DNA of 36,542 nt from Octopus bimaculoides (lineage: Eukaryota): positions 93,809,262 through 93,845,803 of the forward strand of contig NC_068984.1 in the NCBI RefSeq assembly GCF_001194135.2, written 5' to 3'. Position numbers and translations under genes: made by a program. Below are positions 32,917 through 36,542 of the stretch, one piece after another. Each line of letters starts with the position of its first letter. Position 1 is the first letter of the stretch. The notes under the pieces are model-generated. The model was given only the letters and a program-made list of their open reading frames with translations. It did no database searches and was not told the DNA's origin.

Positions 32917-33805
32917 TCCAGTAGCATGAAACCATTGCTACTCATTTTCCCTACTCCAAAACGTCCTAGAGAGTTCCATGTTTGCCAGTCTGTTCCAACT
33001 CTGGCATTAAAATCCCCCAGTAGAATGACTTTATCAGAATTAGGGATTTTTCTAAGTATGGCTCTCAGCTGGGTATAAAAGATTGTTTTATCTTCATCAC
33101 AACTAGTCAAAGTAGGCACTTATTAGAGTAGCAAACAGCTTACCTTTCAAGTGCAACCATAGCATCATTATACGTTCATTTATAGGAACAGTGAGCTCTT
33201 CCAACTTCTTAAGGATATCAGATCGAACTGCAAAACTAACACCAGCCTCTCTGCGCCCCTCCTTCTGTCTTCCTTTCCAAAAAAAGGTGTATCCACCGCC
33301 TACTTCCTCAAGCTGACCATCACCTATACGAGTCTCTGAGAGTGCAGCTATATCAATTTTATAATGGACTGATATGAGTCAAAAAGCACACCCATTGCTG
33401 GCAACAAGTGCAGTGCGTCTTTCAGGCCTACAATCACTCTTGTTGTCCAACAGAGTGCGCACATTCCAACATGAAATGTTTAAGTTCCGTCCAGATTTTA
33501 TAAATGAAAGACTCTTTGTTTTTTGAGCGCAGGATGGACATCCATCAGTCGCGCTAAATTGACCAAATATGGAAAGACAGGCAATTTTTGGTTCACCTTT
33601 TCTAGAACCTCCTCAGTCTCCAGGTGAGCAGTGCTCTCTCCAAATGGAGCTTCTCAGACACCCATGCAGCAACCGAATCCTACCGCTGTCTTGGGCGACA
33701 AGGAGACGACTTTATATCTAGCATGGGCCGCCTACGTGCAGGTTGCTGACTACATGCTTCCAACCCGTCAAGTCTGCATGCTTCACCACCTTCCCATTGC
33801 CGCAG
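32917..33805 (-). mobile_element. RTE (BovB-like) LINE 5' region and APE endonuclease fragment
   Basis: WNVRTLLDNK..RPERRTALVA, YKIDIAALSETR, GGYTFFWKG, INERIM, PTLTSCDEDKTIFYTQL, ILLGDFNARVG and NGFMLL. Confidence 0.85.
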
Positions 33806-33819
33806 GACTTCCGAATAAA

Positions 33820-33851
<32 letters not shown>

Positions 33852-34067
33852 AAATATATACTAAAAATAAGATAAATATATGGAGGAAAAAAAAAACAAA
33901 AAAAACGCACATGTTGAGCNNNNNNNNNNNNNNNNNNNNNNNNNNNNNNNNNNNNNNNNNNNNNNNNNNNNNNNNNNNNNNNNNNNNNNTCTGGTGCCAA
34001 TGTAAGTCGCAGGCTTAGGGATGTGGGAGTGCCGTGATCTCTAGCAGGGGAATGGTATTGGACATAC

Positions 34068-34132
<65 letters not shown>

Positions 34133-34134
34133 AC

Positions 34135-34171
<37 letters not shown>

Positions 34172-34495
34172 TATATGTATCAAAATAAGCAACAAGGATA
34201 TCCAAAGTTAATGCAGTACGATCGTTTCATGTGACTCCATTTATTTAAGCAATGTGAACATTACAGTAAATGTAAAATGCAGAGCAATCCTCAGTTGCAC
34301 AAAGATATAGGAATTTACTGAAATTTCATTTCAACAGAAGGACATATTTTTGTAACTACATTTCAACTCTCCAAGTGGAAAGGAAGAATACAAAAAACCA
34401 TTTGGACTCAGCCAGACCATACAGGCTAGTAATTAATTTTAAGCAGATTTTTAACTGTCACTGATTTTATTTGATTTTTTGTTTCATCTTATCAG

Positions 34496-36542
34496 ACCTA
34501 GTGATTCAAAGCTTAAGAGGGCACCAGCCTTTTCCTTATAGGGAAAGGGAAATAGAAAGAACATAAGATTAGCCAGAATCGTTGAAAATAAGAATGGTGG
34601 TAACAGTTATAGGGATATCAGTAATAATTTAATCAATGTCACTATTAACATTACTTATAATTATAGAAATGGAAGTGGAAATAACAATGACAATAGCAAT
34701 TATGAAGGTAACAGCAATGTCCTTAGCCCTGTCAACCATAACTTAAACCAACATAATGAATATAGTGGTATTGATGCTGGAAGTACAATGGAAATAAATA
34801 GTAGTTGCACCTCTAATGATAATAATGTAAATTATGGATCTAGTTCATAAAAATGGAAATAGAAAATATTAGTATGCCTGATGCTGCAGGAATGATTCTA
34901 TCTGATATCACGATGGAAATGGAGTTAGATAGTAATAGAAGTGATCATAATAAACCTGATAACAGAATTAATAATAGGGGAAATAATATCAATGTGAATA
35001 ATTGTAACAACAATAATTTAAATCTTAGTAATAATATAGGTGTTGTTGATAGTTCTACTAGTTGCAATTGTAGAAATAAGTCCCGTTGTCCGTTATTAGG
35101 CCGATGTCTCACCAGAAACGTANNNNNNNNNNACCGTATAGAAATAGCAGATATGGATGTGAACTATGTTCCATGGAAACATGAAATTTTAAAACTTAGA
35201 AACAATTCTAACCTGATTAATAACAGATTAGATCTTAGAGTATTGTGTGTACACTGTTCCACTTGCACTTTTAAATATTTAAAAAAATAGCAAACTTATA
35301 TAGTGTGGTATTTTAACATCTACCATGTTTATCTTAGGCTATAATTAGTATATATTTAAATTGAAATTAAACTTTTATAGCATATTTTTGATCTCCCACC
35401 TTAATGTATAATCTTCCTGTGATAACTAAAATTTTAACTTTATCCATGGATGGTATATGGTTTTACTTAAATTTTTTTCACATCACTTTTGCTATTGCTG
35501 TTAGTTTTAGTGTGTATCTTACTTTACTTTATTTAACTTAAAAGAATAGGATGTTTTGAAATTTCTTAATAGTTTTTAATAGTCTTCAAACCATTTAAAA
35601 TTTTATTTGATGCCTGACCCTAAAGGATTCATGCTATTCCATTATTCCATTGTTTGTAGTAGTATTATTATTGTTATTTTATGGGTGACTTAAATAAATC
35701 TAATGCTTGTTCCATTATTATTTTGTACTTGGCCCATGTTAGTTAACACAAGTTCCTGATTATTTAAGATAATGTGGTCTAATTAACTTAGTACATAATT
35801 ATCATGTTCTCTATTAGTTGTTTAGTTCACCATTGTATTCTATGTTAATTCCAACCATTCATTTTATCAGTTTCTTAAACCTTGATGAGTCCATCATTAT
35901 AAACCATGTAAATCCTATGTATCAATTCTTTACATTAGTTATAAAATAAATTTTATCTCTAATGTGTCCTTTAAATAATATTAGATATATAAGTTTAATT
36001 TTTACACATCTTATCTACAGTTCTTTATATTGGTGTAAATAAGTCTAAATGTACTTTACCAGAGCATTTTAAATTAATACTACTAAATGGTTTTTGCATA
36101 CTGCATGTATTGATTAGTTACATTACTATATACTATTTCTTTTTATTTCTTATTTCATTATTAATTTATTAATTTATTAATTAGCTTTTATTTATTCACA
36201 TATTAATTAAGCAAATATTGGTATCTCAAATTTTCCAATACTTAGCATATGCAAAACAATACTGATACATTATTCTGATTAATGAAAACTATGAATAAAC
36301 ATATACTGTATCTGTACACATATAGCAACTTTATTTTATATACTTTTGACCAAAGTGCCTTATGTTAAAACTTCTGCTCCATTATAAACTGGTCTGCTAG
36401 TAGAGAAAACCCCCCAACCTATAGTAGTTTGTCACTAAGCCCAAAGAATCTTTATAACCATATCATCCATGTATATTGTTTACCCCTTTCCCTTTCCCTA
36501 TAAGGAAAAGGCTGGTGCCCTCTTAAGCTTTGAATCACTAGG
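34496..36542 (+). mobile_element. Second Penelope-like remnant with an inverted terminal repeat, running off the window
   Basis: Asn-rich linker then CNCRNKSRCPLLGRCLTRNV (~35060-35121). 34497-34552 is the reverse complement of 36488-36542. Confidence 0.7.

Larger units (their letters stand above)
7110..35132. other. Assembly gaps (N runs) at 7110-7176, 8344-8989, 9794-10102, 12005-12133, 17993-18469, 20695-20894, 33920-33989 and 35123-35132
   Basis: Runs of N in the sequence. Confidence 1.

Noticed and set aside
34465-34500. Minus-strand CTGATAAGATGAAAC next to the second PLE repeat
   Set aside because: The core is mutated (G8), there is no room for helix II and no helix I partner. Too weak to call.

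Overview
AT-rich, microsatellite-rich, gapped eukaryotic DNA. The repeat families resemble those I associate with octopus/coleoid cephalopod genomes (inference from recalled SINE sequences, not a search). There is one intact host CDS, a single-exon PAQR/membrane progestin receptor-like gene (23185-24150, +). The rest is decayed mobile DNA: two Penelope-like elements, CR1-like, RTE and Tx1/L1 LINEs, Tigger, pogo and mariner DNA transposons, a probable solo LTR and several tRNA-derived SINEs. Main result: two unrelated non-coding repeat families carry type I hammerhead ribozyme (HHR) motifs. (1) A ~340-350 nt hairpin-rich, retrozyme-like monomer occurs as an inverted plus head-to-tail array with a 12-bp TSD (4839-11089) and as a solo fragment (4439-4575). 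A 5.4-kb Tx1 LINE is inserted at the 5' edge of one of its hammerheads with a 13-bp TSD. (2) A 228-bp foldback palindrome (28873-29100) encodes a hammerhead on each strand. Bases 2790-13730 resolve into a four-level nest: CR1 > Tigger > HHR array > Tx1. Several short locally templated duplications mark repair or recombination junctions. Ribozyme activity and novelty are untested; N gaps hide parts of several elements.
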